A DNA stretch of 60,718 nucleotides, taken from contig JBBIQV010000014.1 in the NCBI GenBank assembly GCA_037442105.1, forward strand, positions 1 to 60,718. The letters run 5' to 3'. This document shows, piece by piece, positions 1-10,711 of the stretch. The stretch comes from Nitrospiraceae bacterium. Lineage in GTDB: Bacteria > Nitrospirota > Nitrospiria > Nitrospirales > Nitrospiraceae. The notes below the pieces were generated by a model. The model was not told where the DNA came from. It saw nothing but the letters and a program-made list of their open reading frames with translations, and did not search any database. Within the stretch, counting starts at the first letter, position 1; every line of letters begins with the position of its first letter. A program made the position numbers and the translations under genes.

Positions 1-853
1 GCTTGTTCCCGTCGGTGAAAGGATGGTCTTTGATGAGGAAATACAACAGGTGGGCTGCACGCTCCTGGGCTGTCGGGTAGAGTGGCTTGACGTCAAACGT
101 CTGCTCGATATTACCGAGAACGGCCGCGAGCTGATCACCGTGCTCCCGACCGAATAGATCCGACGCCTCACCCCGAGCGCTCAACTCGTCGCGCAGCCGC
201 CCAATCGCCTCTCGCGCCTCACGGAGCGACAGCGACGCTCTCGGCGACACAGGCGTTTCCGGGACAGCCCCGAGACGGTTTTCGTCGTACTCCAGAAGCA
301 GCCGCCAGGCGCGCGTATACTGCTGCACCATGTCCAGGACCGCCCGGCCCTCGTCGGTGACCAACTCATGTTGCGAGAGTGTCCGAGTAAGAAGCTCCAC
401 TGCCTGTTCCATCTCCTTGAGCCCTTTGTCCCGAAGCCGCTTTTCATTGAGAGTGTAGCCCTGGATCAGATGATCCCGCAAAGTGCGGGTGGCCCAGATG
501 CGGAATTGGGTCCCGCGCTTGGAGTTGACGCGATAACCGACAGAGAGGATAGCGTCGAGGTTGAAGTATTCGATCTGCCGAACGACTTGACGACTACCCT
601 CCCTCTGAACCGTTGCATTTTTTGCAACAGTTGCCTTCCGATCCAATTCTTTCGAGACAAAGACATTGCGCAAGTGGCGGGAAACCACGGACTTATCTCG
701 TCCGAACAGCTTCGCCATCTGGTCGAGCGAAAGCCAAACGGTCTCCCGCTCCAGCCGGACATCCAAGCGCACCTCTCCGTCTGGCGATTGGTAGAGGGCG
801 ACTTCCCCGCCCAGTGAGGCCTCCTCCGGGCTTATGACGCGCTTTCGTCTCAT
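1..853 (-). CDS. RhuM-family/Fic (DOC) domain protein, 3' end outside the window
   Basis: Manual translation from ATG at 853 (not in the ORF track because it runs off the edge). MRRKRVISPEEASLGGEVALYQSPDGEVRLDV...YFNLDAILSVGYRVNSKRGTQFRIWAT is the RhuM signature; HLLYFLIKDHPFTDGNK is the Fic motif HPFxDGNxR. Confidence 0.88.
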   Translation of the reverse strand, partial: MRRKRVISPEEASLGGEVALYQSPDGEVRLDVRLERETVWLSLDQMAKLFGRDKSVVSRHLRNVFVSKELDRKATVAKNATVQREGSRQVVRQIEYFNLDAILSVGYRVNSKRGTQFRIWATRTLRDHLIQGYTLNEKRLRDKGLKEMEQAVELLTRTLSQHELVTDEGRAVLDMVQQYTRAWRLLLEYDENRLGAVPETPVSPRASLSLREAREAIGRLRDELSARGEASDLFGREHGDQLAAVLGNIEQTFDVKPLYPTAQERAAHLLYFLIKDHPFTDGNK

Positions 854-984
854 CGCCCTATCGTGAGCCTCCAGGTGCACCGAGAGCCTGGCACAATGTC
901 CGGGCCGTGTATAACCGCGTACCCAAGGCTATCCAGCCAAGCGAGGGCGGCTTGTTCAACGACGGATTCGGTGAAGACGGACAT
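850..984 (-). pseudogene. hsdR: 44-codon stub of a type I restriction subunit HsdR N-terminus
   Basis: Manual translation MSVFTESVVEQAALAWLDSLGYAVIHGPDIVPG... resembles the typical HsdR start (FTESVVEQAALAWL.SLG...HGPDIAPG). It then diverges; its TGA overlaps the RhuM-Fic ATG (ATGA). Confidence 0.75.
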
Positions 985-991
985 GAGCAAC

Positions 992-2498
992 TCAGTATTC
1001 GAACACCACGAACTCGCGACGCGGCACGATTGGTCGCAGCCCTTTTAACCGTTTTTTGTTTACGATAGTGCTTGGCCTAACAGTCTGCTTAAGCCCAGTA
1101 TCAGAAATCCAAGTATCGTTCCACAGATCCACCTTGTTACCTTCGACAAGACTACACAGTTTATCTCCATACGTAAGCTTCGGATTGAAGCAATAGCTGA
1201 TCCGTTGAAGCCATACCTCGAGATGTCCGTTGTTCGGCAGTTGTTCGAGACGCTTTCGGATGCGATCGACCGCAATAAGTTTTTCTTTCTTTGTTGGCAG
1301 CTTGCTCAAAAGCTTGCTGACGATCGCAGCACAGGCCGGGAAACAGCGCGGACTGTTGTAGCCGATATCAATTGCGATGCTTATGAGTTGCATTGGGTTA
1401 CGTACCGATTTTCGGGGAGCGAGTCGCCTATAGAACTGATCGAGGGCGATCATTAAACTGCCGCCGTTGGGGAATTCGACTCCATGAGAATGGATTAGCA
1501 GCAGGTGCTTCTGTAAATTTCTATCTGCCTGCCGGCGTCGCATCCACTCGCGCTTGTCCGTCTTGATAGAATTTACAATGACTGCTTGCGCAGTGGAGGT
1601 TTTGGAGGCATTAAGTTTAAGGCTAAGACCAATTAACACCTCGGTTACCGTCTTCAAGATCAACTCTCCAGCGCGAGTGCCATTTACGAAGATGCGGTAA
1701 TCGTCTCGATACCGAAGAACCTGGAAGTCTGTGATTCTTTCATCGGCCAACCGTTGGCTAAGCTTCAAGTCGGCATAGCCGAGAACCAACTCAGCAATTA
1801 GGTCCACGAGTACAGAACCCTGGGGGATGCCATTGGTTTGTCCGTGCTGCATATCTTGAAGTCGAGCATCAATTGCGTTGCCGATGAGCGATAGATCGCG
1901 CTCTTAGCCTTCGCCGTTGACTTCCCGTGCATGGCCCATGCAACTGAATGCGTGTATACAGAAGCATAGCAATCTGTAATGTCAGCATGGAGCACATAGT
2001 TGAAGTCCAATGCCAAATCGATAGAGGCCTGCTCGATTCCCTGCCACCAATGGAGAATCTGGGCGCCTTGATCTTTCTTCTTTGTCAGGGACTCTTGCGG
2101 TATGCTCAGACACCTAATCTTGGGATCCTTCGCAAACTCCTCGAATCTTGACCGGATGGCAGCCCAAGGTTTGGATTCTGTCATTAGATGCGCAAGATCA
2201 ACATAGATTACGGGGTGGATAAGTTGGAAGGGCCGCCACGCATAGCGTCCGTCCTTGTTCGAGTAGATTGTGTAATTAACATCTTCAAAGTCTCGCGGCT
2301 TTAGGTTGAGGCTAGCAAGCGGTTTGATTTTCAGAAACTTGCCCACAGGCCGCAAGAGCCGTCGAAAATCAAAGTATGGCGGAAGGTCAAGACGACAATA
2401 GCTTTCTGGCTTCAGAAAGAATGCACGAGCCTCGCTTGCTGACATATCGAGCACGGACCGATCTGTCGGCTTTCGCTTCGGCGTAACCGTCTTGCCAC

Positions 2499-2502
<4 letters not shown>
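992..2502 (-). pseudogene. Abi/UG-class reverse transcriptase (Abi-P2-like, YRDD), split by a 1-nt frameshift near 1901-1903
   Basis: ORF 1798-2502 carries ADITDCYASVYTHSVAWAMHG. ORF 992-1852 carries GIPQGS, LRYRDDYRIF, LKLNASKT and a helical C-terminus. Adding one base at GCT AAG AG CGC GAT joins them (..TAKAKxRDLSLIGNAIDARLQDMQHGQTNGIPQG) into about 503 aa. The GTG start overlaps the hsdS stop (GTGA). Confidence 0.88.
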
Positions 2503-3642
<1,140 letters not shown>

Positions 3643-3653
<11 letters not shown>

Positions 3654-3735
3654 ACCCAAGTTCCTTCTGGTTGGCAGCGATCGCAGCGTCTAGCTTTGCG
3701 GCTTCGGCTTGCTGTTCCCGCAGCGTCGCGGTCAT
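3643..3735 (-). repeat. 30-codon mini-ORF duplicating the HsdM C-terminal tail
   Basis: [30 protein letters not shown] versus the hsdM end [30 protein letters not shown]. It starts with an ATGA overlap on the DUF4062 gene stop and contains the hsdS ATG. Confidence 0.9.
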
Positions 3736-5339
3736 GGGGACTCCCGTCTCTTGCGGCCGGGCCGCCCTGGCTGGCGTGTAGCATCCTTCCGGTCGTGCCC
3801 CTTATGCCCCTTTGGTGCCCCATTGCCGCGGGGCGATCGAGCGGCATCCATCTGGCCTCCGTCATGCCCCTCATGCTCCTTTGGCGCCCCTTTGGCCATG
3901 CGGTAGAAGACACCTTTGCCGGTCGTGCCCTCCCTCTCGATGAGTCCGCGTTCGGCGAGGCGCGCAAGGTCCTGCGAAGCCGTGCGCTTGGCAACACGGA
4001 ACTGGTTCTGATACTGGGAATTGGATATGCGGCCGCGGTCCTTGACGAACAACACGGCCGACAGCAGGCGATCCGGCAATTGCAGGGCGGCGAGACGCTC
4101 GGGGGTTAGCCAGTCGCGCCACATGGTGACGACGAAGTGCGGGCCGCGCTGCTCGAAGTCCGGCTCTGGAAGACCGGCGGCAACGGCGGCGCGGATCATG
4201 TCGGTGGTGCCGGTGCCGGCCTTTTCGGCGTAACCCGCTCGGAACAGCGGCTCGGAGATCAAAGGGTTGCGCGGCACCGGACCATGAGCGACACGCAGAT
4301 CCTGGGGCGACATGCCGTGAGGCAGGTGGCCGGGATTCCAAACCTCCACCCGGTCGGCGAAGACGATCACCTGAACGAAGCCGCGGCTGGAGTAGTCACG
4401 GTGCGCGACAGCATTGACGATGGCCTCGCGCACCACGAACTCGGGAATCTCCGGAGCGACCGGCGCCGAGGCGCCGCCCCTGGCGATGCCGACCCGGCTC
4501 TCGATCTTTTCGAGGACAAATCCAAGGGCGCTCTCGATCATCTCGAAAGCCGTGCCGACGAAGGTTCGCTGGTCCCCGATCGGTTTCGACTTCTCGCGGC
4601 CGTCGAACCGAAGACATTGGACCTCGACGCCTGGCAGGAGCCGGTTCGGAGCAGCACCGAATAGCAACACTGCCGCACGAGTCGGCGTTCGCCCGGCGAG
4701 CAGATGGAAGTTTTTCAGGACTTCACCGGGGGAACTACGTTCGGAAAGGTTCAACCGCCCCTTTCCCTTCGACAGGCGCAGGAACTGCTCGACCTTACCC
4801 GCGGAGATGTCCCGCATGGATGCGCCTTCGCAAGGCGATGCGTCGAAAGGGGTCACAGGCAGGGCGCCCCGCCTCTTAAGGAAATCGACCAGCGCCCTGT
4901 AAACCTCGGCCTGCAGCGAGGCGAGATCGCTGAAGCGGCCATAGACCAGGTTGGGTTGAAGGGTGCCGATAAACGAGGCCATAGCAGGCTCTCGATCCTC
5001 TCCCTCCGGGAGCTCGCGGACGAAGGCGAGGCGCTCCGGGCGACTCTTCGTCGTTGTTGCGTGTCGGAACTCCAGAGCGGTCGCCGAAAGGCCGTCCCGG
5101 ACGATCCTCCCATATCGCTTTCCGAAGAGGCTGAGATAGATGGCCCTGCGATCGATCTCGCTCAGATAAACGTCGTCCGGTAGCCGGTCCCTCGCGGGGA
5201 CATCGATTTCGAAGACGAACACGTCGGGGAAGTATGCGCCCAGGAAAGCGTCGCGGGTGATGTACTCCTTGAGCGCCTTTCGTTCGGCGGCGAACTCAGA
5301 CGCAACGCTGCTGATGAAGATGGGGTAGGAACGATTCAT
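3732..5339 (-). CDS. DUF4062 + RecG-C-like HATPase_c_4 + winged-HTH protein
   Basis: N-terminal [14 protein letters not shown]...[10 protein letters not shown] (DUF4062-like); central [13 protein letters not shown]...VEVWNPG...PRNP...EKAGTG; C-terminal [15 protein letters not shown] 5339 overlaps the upstream TGA. Confidence 0.85.
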   Translation of the reverse strand: MNRSYPIFISSVASEFAAERKALKEYITRDAFLGAYFPDVFVFEIDVPARDRLPDDVYLSEIDRRAIYLSLFGKRYGRIVRDGLSATALEFRHATTTKSRPERLAFVRELPEGEDREPAMASFIGTLQPNLVYGRFSDLASLQAEVYRALVDFLKRRGALPVTPFDASPCEGASMRDISAGKVEQFLRLSKGKGRLNLSERSSPGEVLKNFHLLAGRTPTRAAVLLFGAAPNRLLPGVEVQCLRFDGREKSKPIGDQRTFVGTAFEMIESALGFVLEKIESRVGIARGGASAPVAPEIPEFVVREAIVNAVAHRDYSSRGFVQVIVFADRVEVWNPGHLPHGMSPQDLRVAHGPVPRNPLISEPLFRAGYAEKAGTGTTDMIRAAVAAGLPEPDFEQRGPHFVVTMWRDWLTPERLAALQLPDRLLSAVLFVKDRGRISNSQYQNQFRVAKRTASQDLARLAERGLIEREGTTGKGVFYRMAKGAPKEHEGHDGGQMDAARSPRGNGAPKGHKGHDRKDATRQPGRPGRKRRESP

Positions 5340-5436
5340 GTCGACGTGAACCCAAGCTCCTTTACGTTGGCGGCAACCTGCCTGCCGACGCCTTGGCCTG
5401 TCTGCCGGACAGGCGGGCGCAGGCAAGTGGCGGCTT
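5336..5436 (-). repeat. Degenerate third copy of the HsdM tail, interrupted by a palindromic repeat
   Basis: Removing 5377-5427 (51 nt) restores AAA GCC GCC ATT GCC GCC AAC GTA AAG GAG CTT GGG TTC = KAAIAANVKELGF, versus [13 protein letters not shown] in hsdM. Confidence 0.75.
5377..5427. repeat. Nested CCTGYCTGC...GCAGGCAGG-family palindromic (REP-like) element
   Basis: Outer CCTGCCTGC (5377) / GCAGGCAAG (5427) around an inner GCCTGTCTGCCGGACAGGC. Relatives at 5484-5506, 6350-6391 and 39227-39253. Confidence 0.75.
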
Positions 5437-5463
5437 TCCACAACACCCGGCGTACTTCCGCGC

Positions 5464-5983
5464 TCACCGCTTCCCTCGCTTCGGCCTGTCTGCCCGCCAG
5501 GCAGGCGCGAGCTCGGCCTCGATTTCTTCCACCGTCGGCAGGGCCGATTTCAGGTTCGGCGGCAGGGCGCGCGTCAGTTCGAATCGACCAGAGCAGGGCA
5601 TCTCTGATTTGTGCCGCAGGTTGCGGCACTTTCGACTGAGCCGACCTTTGTGCCGCTGTTTGCGGCCCGATTGGTTCGGGGGTGGGATAGGCCCGGTAGA
5701 ACGCCAGCATTCGTTTGATGTTACGCTCGGAAAAACCCTTGAGGTCCGGGAGCTCGTTGTGGAGTTCGCGGGCCAGGCGGGGGATCACGGCGGCGCCCCA
5801 CCCTTCGCGTTCCTGACGGCCGTGGATGATCCGGCCAATGTCCCAGTAGAGCCGGACGAGTTCGGCGTTGACCGCGAGCACGGCGCGAGTTTGGGCCGTC
5901 TGGATTCGCCCTTTCACGTCGGCCAGGAGGGCGGCGAAGTCATCTCGCGCGAGCGCCTTGGGCGCGATCAGCTTACCCGCCAT
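5464..5983 (-). pseudogene. YhcG/DUF1016 family gene with a large internal deletion
   Basis: The N-terminal DUF1016 region AVNAELVRLYWDIG...GWGAAVIPRLA...KGFSERNIKRMLAFY ends at LLWSI (~5580). In another frame the family C-tail FELTRALPPNLKSALPTVEEIEAEL follows directly, so the central nuclease region is missing. Confidence 0.85.
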
Positions 5984-7565
5984 ACCCAAGTTCCTTCAGA
6001 TTGGCGGCGATCGCGGCGTCGAGCTTCGCGGCTTCGGTCTGCTGCTGACGCAGCGTTGTCGTAAGCCGCTTCATCTTCTCTTCAAATGGCTCTCCGTCGT
6101 CCTCCTGCGCCTCGGCGCCGACGTAACGGCCGGGCGTGAGCACATGGCTGTGCTTGCGGACGTCGTCAAGCGTGGCGCTCTTGCAGAAACCGGGGATGTC
6201 TTCGTACTTGCCAACATTCTTCTCGCCTCGCCAGGCGTGGTAGGTATTGGCAATGCGGGTGACTTCTTCGTTCGTCAACTCGCGATGGGTGCGATCCACC
6301 ATGCGGCCGAGTTTGCGAGCATCGATGAAAAGGACGTGGCCGCGACGGTCCCTGCCTGCGTCGCGCTGCACTCCCGGCGCGGCAGGCAGGGCGGAACCTC
6401 GTTTGTCTCGTGCCAGGAACCAGAGACAGGCGGGAATTTGCGTCGAGTAGAAGAGCTGACCCGGCAGCGCGATCATGCAATCGACAATGTCGGCTTCAAT
6501 AATGTTCTTCCGGATCTCACCTTCATTGGATTGGTTCGATGACATGGAGCCGTTGGCCAGGACGAACCCCGCGATGCCGGACGGCGCGAGATGGTGGATC
6601 ATGTGTTGCACCCAGGCAAAGTTGGCATTGCCTGCGGGCGGAACCCCGTACTTCCAACGCTTATCGTCTCGCAAGAGCTCGCCGCGCCAGTCGCTCACGT
6701 TGAAGGGAGGATTGGCGAGGATGTAGTCCGCCTTGAGGTCGGGATGACGATCATTGTGAAATGTATCGCCGTGCGCGATCTGGCCATCGATCCCACGGAT
6801 GGCGAGATTCATCTTCGCCAGACGCCAGGTCGTGTAGTTGGACTCCTGTCCATAGATGCTGATGTCGCCGAGCTTGCCTCCATGCGCGGTAATGAACTCT
6901 TCCGATTGCACGAACATGCCGGATGAACCGCAGCAGGGGTCGTACACACGGCCTTTGTAGGGCTCCAACATCTCGACCAACAGCCTGACCACGCAACGCG
7001 GCGTGTAGAATTCGCCGCCTTTCTTGCCTTCGGCACTGGCGAATTGGGACAGAAAGTACTCGTAGACGCGGCCGAGCACGTCCTTCGATCGGCTTTCCTT
7101 ATCACCGATTTTGATGTTGGTAATGAGGTCGATGAGCTGACCCAGCCGGAGTTTATCGAGGGCGGGGCGGGCATACTCTCTGGGAAGCACACCCTTGAGC
7201 GAGGGATTGTCGCGTTCGATGCCGGTCATCGCGTCGTCCACGAGCTGGCCGATCGTGGGCTGCTTGGCCTGAGCCTTCAAATGAGACCACCGCGCTTCCG
7301 GCGGCACCCAGAAGATATTGAGTGCCCGGTATTCATCCGGATCTTCGGGGTCTGCCCCCTTCTTTCGTTCGTGGTCTAGCTTGGCGTGTTGCTCCTCAAA
7401 CGCGTCAGAGATGTACTTGAGGAAGATGAGCCCCAAGACCACGTGCTTGTACTCGGCAGCGTCCATGCTGCCGCGGAGGGCATCGGCCATTTGCCAGAGT
7501 TCGGCTTCATAGCCGACGTTGGCGCCAGTCGTTGCTTTTGACTCTGCCTTCGTCTTACTTGCCAT
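5973..7565 (-). CDS. hsdM: Type I RM methyltransferase subunit (m6A)
   Basis: [27 protein letters not shown] and ANPPFN motifs; 530 aa. Confidence 0.97.
   Translation of the reverse strand: MASKTKAESKATTGANVGYEAELWQMADALRGSMDAAEYKHVVLGLIFLKYISDAFEEQHAKLDHERKKGADPEDPDEYRALNIFWVPPEARWSHLKAQAKQPTIGQLVDDAMTGIERDNPSLKGVLPREYARPALDKLRLGQLIDLITNIKIGDKESRSKDVLGRVYEYFLSQFASAEGKKGGEFYTPRCVVRLLVEMLEPYKGRVYDPCCGSSGMFVQSEEFITAHGGKLGDISIYGQESNYTTWRLAKMNLAIRGIDGQIAHGDTFHNDRHPDLKADYILANPPFNVSDWRGELLRDDKRWKYGVPPAGNANFAWVQHMIHHLAPSGIAGFVLANGSMSSNQSNEGEIRKNIIEADIVDCMIALPGQLFYSTQIPACLWFLARDKRGSALPAAPGVQRDAGRDRRGHVLFIDARKLGRMVDRTHRELTNEEVTRIANTYHAWRGEKNVGKYEDIPGFCKSATLDDVRKHSHVLTPGRYVGAEAQEDDGEPFEEKMKRLTTTLRQQQTEAAKLDAAIAANLKELGYGG
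6350..6391. repeat. 42-bp palindromic element inserted in frame in hsdM
   Basis: CCCTGCCTGC / GCAGGCAGGG perfect 10-bp inverted repeat. It encodes about [14 protein letters not shown] between LARDK and [12 protein letters not shown]. Confidence 0.75.
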
Positions 7566-7647
7566 TGGTGCTGTTGCTCCCCCCTATTTATCATCTCGAA
7601 ACTATGGCCGGTTTCGCGCCGAAGAATACCCCTTTCCCATCGAGAAA

Positions 7648-7821
7648 TCACCCGGATCCGGCAGGGCCAGAGGCCGCGGATGCCTTGGTTTTTAAAACGC
7701 AAACCGAGGCACAATTTCCCGCAAGATCCCCCACCGCGCGCAAATGCTCTCCAAGATCATGGACGACGAATGATCCATCATCGTCCTGGCGCACATGGGC
7801 GAGGAATTTGGTGTCACGCAT
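7648..7821 (-). pseudogene. cas3: Stub of the Cas3 HD-domain N-terminus (type I-C-like)
   Basis: MRDTKFLAHVRQDDDGSFVVHDLGEHLRAVGDLAG fits the Cas3 start pattern AH...HxLxxHLxxVxxLA. The HD motif and helicase are absent; stop after 57 codons. Confidence 0.65.
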
Positions 7822-7837
7822 GGTTTTTGTGATGGCC

Positions 7838-8158
7838 TCAGCCGGCCTTAGCCGTCACACGCAGCTTGACCCGCGTCTTCTTTTGCAGCGCGCTGACGAT
7901 TCCGAAAAAGTTCTCCGTGCTGGGGTTGCCATGCGGGGCCAGCATCCGGTGCAGGCTCTTGGGTGGCTTCTCGATCTCGGCCGCCAATTCCTCAAACCCC
8001 ACGGTGGCGTTGACGAGATCGCGCAGGATTGCCTTGCCGGTGGCGGTATCACCTCCGAGAAAGGCGTTGATCGCCTCCGTAAAGAGCGCTTCCCGAAAGC
8101 GTGGGTCGCGTTGGACCCGCGCGGCCACCGTGTCTTTGAATTCTCGTGTGAGTGCCAT
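7838..8158 (-). CDS. Addiction-module antidote (HTH antitoxin, HigA-like)
   Basis: VGFEELAAEIEKPPKSLHRMLAPHGNP HTH; directly downstream of a RelE-fold toxin. Confidence 0.85.
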   Translation of the reverse strand: MALTREFKDTVAARVQRDPRFREALFTEAINAFLGGDTATGKAILRDLVNATVGFEELAAEIEKPPKSLHRMLAPHGNPSTENFFGIVSALQKKTRVKLRVTAKAG

Positions 8159-8175
8159 GGCGCCTCCGTTCCGTG

Positions 8176-8514
8176 TCAGGTCTTCCCTGCGTCTTTTCGG
8201 CGACGATAATCAGCCCATCGCTCTTTCGCCGCTTTGATTGCAGACTGCTGCCGTTGTTTGGTACTGCCGCCGAGCAGGATCACCACTGTCTCACCGTCCT
8301 TGCCGAAATACACCCGGTAGCCAGGGCCGAAGTCGATCTTGCGTTCGCACACACCCGATCCGACGCTCTTCACGTTCGACCAGTTGCCCGCGGTCAGTTG
8401 GTACAAGGCCACGGCGACTTTTGCCGCTGCTGGTGCATTGAGCCCTTCAAACCAGGCCCGATACGGCGAGCGCCCCTCAGGGTCAAGATACTCAAGAAGT
8501 CGGATTTCTGTCAT
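8176..8514 (-). CDS. RelE/ParE-superfamily addiction-module killer toxin (HigB-like)
   Basis: GRSPYRAWF...KSVGSGVCERKIDFGPGYRVYFGKDG...ILLGGSTK signature. Confidence 0.88.
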   Translation of the reverse strand: MTEIRLLEYLDPEGRSPYRAWFEGLNAPAAAKVAVALYQLTAGNWSNVKSVGSGVCERKIDFGPGYRVYFGKDGETVVILLGGSTKQRQQSAIKAAKERWADYRRRKDAGKT

Positions 8515-8523
8515 CGTCTAAAG

Positions 8524-8539
8524 GTAACACATCGGTTAC
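8524..8539. promoter_or_regulatory. Inverted-repeat operator upstream of the toxin gene
   Basis: GTAAC-acatcg-GTTAC just upstream of the toxin start; typical of TA autoregulation (inferred). Confidence 0.45.
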
Positions 8540-8620
8540 TATATATCCGGACCGGATTCCCGCGCAAGTGCTCCGGCGTTCTGGGGCGAGGCCTGCCACC
8601 ACACATTGGACTATTCCAGC

Positions 8621-8692
8621 CACCGCCCGCAGATGCTCTTCGAGATCATGGACGACGAATGATCCATCAGCGTCCTGGCGCACATGGGCGAG
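8621..8692 (-). repeat. Second Cas3 N-terminal stub (72-bp imperfect direct repeat of 7732-7803)
   Basis: LAHVRQDADGSFVVHDLEEHLRAV. The two copies, 889 bp apart, bracket the TA module. Confidence 0.85.
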
Positions 8693-8699
8693 ATACTGT

Positions 8700-8755
8700 G
8701 GCGCAAACGGCACGTTGGGGTTGTACCGGTTCGCGGGATTCAGCGGATTGTCTGG
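8700..8755 (-). repeat. Stub duplicating the 3' end of the NP-repeat gene (copy of 9600-9655)
   Basis: PDNPLNPANRYNPNVPFAP versus PDNPLNPVNKYNPDVPFAP. The copies lie exactly 900 bp apart and bracket the Phd-VapC module. Confidence 0.85.
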
Positions 8756-8825
8756 ACGCGGACGAATGAGTTCTACGAATGCTGGATGATGGCCCGTGTC
8801 CGCAACGTCCGAGAGAACCTGTTGA

Positions 8826-8854
8826 TTGACAGACTTTGTACAACGCTGTACATT
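8826..8854 (+). promoter_or_regulatory. Sigma-70 promoter with tandem TGTACA operator cores
   Basis: TTGACA (8826)-17 bp-TACATT (8849). TGTACA at 8837 and 8847 is the core bound by YefM-type antitoxins. GGAGG RBS at 8869. Confidence 0.75.
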
Positions 8855-8878
8855 CCTCTTACGTTCACGGAGGCACTG

Positions 8879-9145
8879 GTGAAACTTTCGATCAGCGAAG
8901 CGCGCAAACGGTTGCCGGCCCTGGTCCGGCGGGTCCAGCGGGACGCGGGCACGAGCGTCCAGATCACGGTGCATGACCAGGTGGTCGCGGAGCTTCGGGC
9001 GGTCCAGCGAGAACCTGAGCCCGGGGCGGCCGCCACAGCGCTCTTGGAGATCATGGCCAGGCTTCCGAAGCGTCGTGGTGGCAAAACTCGGATCTCTTCC
9101 CGCGTCAAGACCCATCTCTACGGGCGGCGTGGCGTGCTCCGCTAA
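8879..9145 (+). CDS. Phd/YefM-like antitoxin
   Basis: GTG start after an RBS; KLSISEARKRLPALVRRV...VQITVHDQVVAEL; stop overlaps the toxin start. Confidence 0.8.
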   Translation: MKLSISEARKRLPALVRRVQRDAGTSVQITVHDQVVAELRAVQREPEPGAAATALLEIMARLPKRRGGKTRISSRVKTHLYGRRGVLR

Positions 9146-9561
9146 TGACCCTCCCCGCTCTGGTGTTTTGCGACACTTCATTCTTCTATGCTTGCCTCGA
9201 TCCGAAAGACGCCAACCACGCGCGGGCACGCCTGCTGGTAGCGGAATCGGCTTCTGCCGGAACGACGTGGTGCACCACCTGGGACATCATCAGCGAAACA
9301 GTGACACTGCTTCGCTATCGCCACAACGCACAAGCCGCGCTTGCGTTTCTCAGCGATGTCAAGCCCGAGCTTCACATTGTTCCCTACGGCGACCGCTTGA
9401 GGGACGAAGCCGAACTCATGTTTCGGACCTATGCCCGTGATCATCGCTTGTCTTTCTGCGATGCTATCTCGTTCATCGTGGTCACTTCGCTGCTCGATCA
9501 TGTTCCCTGCTTCACGTTCGATGAAGACTTCCGTCGCCTCGGTTTGACCGTTCTTCCTTGA
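9145..9561 (+). CDS. vapC: PIN-domain VapC toxin
   Basis: FCDTSFF, ISET, SFCDAIS and FTFDEDF provide the acidic PIN residues. Confidence 0.9.
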   Translation: MTLPALVFCDTSFFYACLDPKDANHARARLLVAESASAGTTWCTTWDIISETVTLLRYRHNAQAALAFLSDVKPELHIVPYGDRLRDEAELMFRTYARDHRLSFCDAISFIVVTSLLDHVPCFTFDEDFRRLGLTVLP

Positions 9562-9565
9562 CCAC

Positions 9566-9928
9566 TCATCGTCTTCTCTTTCCACTCTCCCCATCCAACG
9601 GCGCAAACGGCACGTCGGGGTTGTACTTGTTGACCGGATTCAGCGGATTATCCGGGTGATATTGGTTCACCGAATTGAACGGATTGTTGGGATTGTATTG
9701 ATTGATCGGGTTCGCGGGGTTGCCGGGATCGTAGCGGTTCACGGGATTGAACGCGCTGTTGGGATCGTAGGCGTTTGCGGGATTGAGTGGGTTATCCGGT
9801 TGATACTGTGTGACCGGATTGAAGATGTTGTAGTCCCGCTCGTAGCGCGAATCGAAACCTATCTCGGCCCAACCCGTTACCGCCGATGACAGCATCATCA
9901 CCGCGCCTATCCCTATTGCGTATCGCAT
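9566..9928 (-). CDS. Secreted small protein with six 12-aa Asn/Pro/Tyr repeats
   Basis: Signal-like MRYAIGIGAVMMLSSAVTGWA, then 6x xNPxNxYxPxNP; GGAGG RBS upstream. Confidence 0.75.
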   Translation of the reverse strand: MRYAIGIGAVMMLSSAVTGWAEIGFDSRYERDYNIFNPVTQYQPDNPLNPANAYDPNSAFNPVNRYDPGNPANPINQYNPNNPFNSVNQYHPDNPLNPVNKYNPDVPFAPLDGESGKRRR

Positions 9929-10017
9929 GGTCACCTCCTCTCTGCTTCTCACCCTTCCCCAAAAGGGAGAGGGTTCCAACTAGCGGTGACGCTATCATGC
10001 ACCTGTGACATCCGAGG

Positions 10018-10513
10018 TCACTTACACGTCGCGATCCTTTTCGCTTCCTCCACAACCACTGCCCGCAGGCTCGCCGGTTTCTCTACCCACACCCCGGTGC
10101 CGAAGCTGAGAATCCAGCCAACCAATTCGCATGAGTCGGCAACCGTCAGCGACATGCGCATTCGACCATCTTTGAGCAATTTCGTCACCTGGCCAGGATG
10201 CCAGGTGCGGGTCCTTGGCCCAGGCGGCGGTCGCTTTGTCGAACAGCAGTTCCATCTCGACTCTCGGCCCTCGCATGACGGTGAGCGCATCCTGCACGAA
10301 CGCGTCCAGCGGGGGTCTTTGCGCAGGTGGCAATAGCCGACGAGGTAGAGGCCACCCGATACGTACCCAAGCCGGTAGGGGGCGATCTTCCGCCGCACAG
10401 CTCCGGGATGTCTGAGGCAGTCGGCTGGCGATGTCGTCGAGCGTGACCCCGCGTGGCGACTCCAAAAGCCGGAGCAGGTGCCACTGACGAGTGACCTGAT
10501 CGTTGCGCGGCAT
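10018..10513 (-). pseudogene. WYL-domain transcriptional regulator, deleted and frameshifted
   Basis: Fragments in different frames: HTH MPRNDQVTRQWHLLRLLESPRGVTL; WYL RRKIAPYRLGYVSGGLYLVGYCHLRKD; C-terminal ELVGWILSFGTGVWVEKPASLR. About half the usual length. Confidence 0.8.
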
Positions 10514-10711
10514 CCGATGTGCCCTCTGTCGCCGCGAGGATAGCGTATTCTCCTTACGGTTACAACAGCACGGACTTTGGATTTGCGTGTCGCGGCAGAT
10601 GCCGAGAGGCCGTCGCGCCGTTCCTTCCTTCATTGCACCACGGGAACCATCTGTCTTAAGATTCGCAGTACGACCACACGGCTACTCACCCTTGGAGCCA
10701 GGAGGTGTGCC

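Noticed and set aside
368..817. 149-aa plus-strand ORF and other long antisense ORFs (e.g. 17913-18554, 22680-23750, 44751-45761, 55587-57077)
   Set aside because: They are shadows of well-supported genes on the opposite strand in GC-rich DNA and carry no motifs of their own.
854..991. Possible ncRNA (retron msr-msd or DRT RNA) next to the RT
   Set aside because: The gap translates as an HsdR N-terminal stub, and upstream the RT overlaps hsdS, so no free structured region or flanking inverted repeats are evident.
3790..3900. 9-nt periodic GCCCC repeats at the end of the DUF4062 gene
   Set aside because: They encode a low-complexity KGH/KGA tail and I see no evidence of a separate element.
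7732..8755. Repeat pairs as DGR template/variable repeats for the RT
   Set aside because: Differences are not confined to adenines, the RT lacks DGR features and no avd-like gene is seen.
8492..9229. 245-aa minus-strand ORF as a real gene
   Set aside because: It is a chimera of antisense antitoxin sequence, the NP-gene stub and the cas3 stub.
9600..9830. 36-bp periodic repeats as a possible CRISPR array
   Set aside because: The repeats are contiguous, have no unique spacers and vary at codon third positions; they encode a protein repeat.
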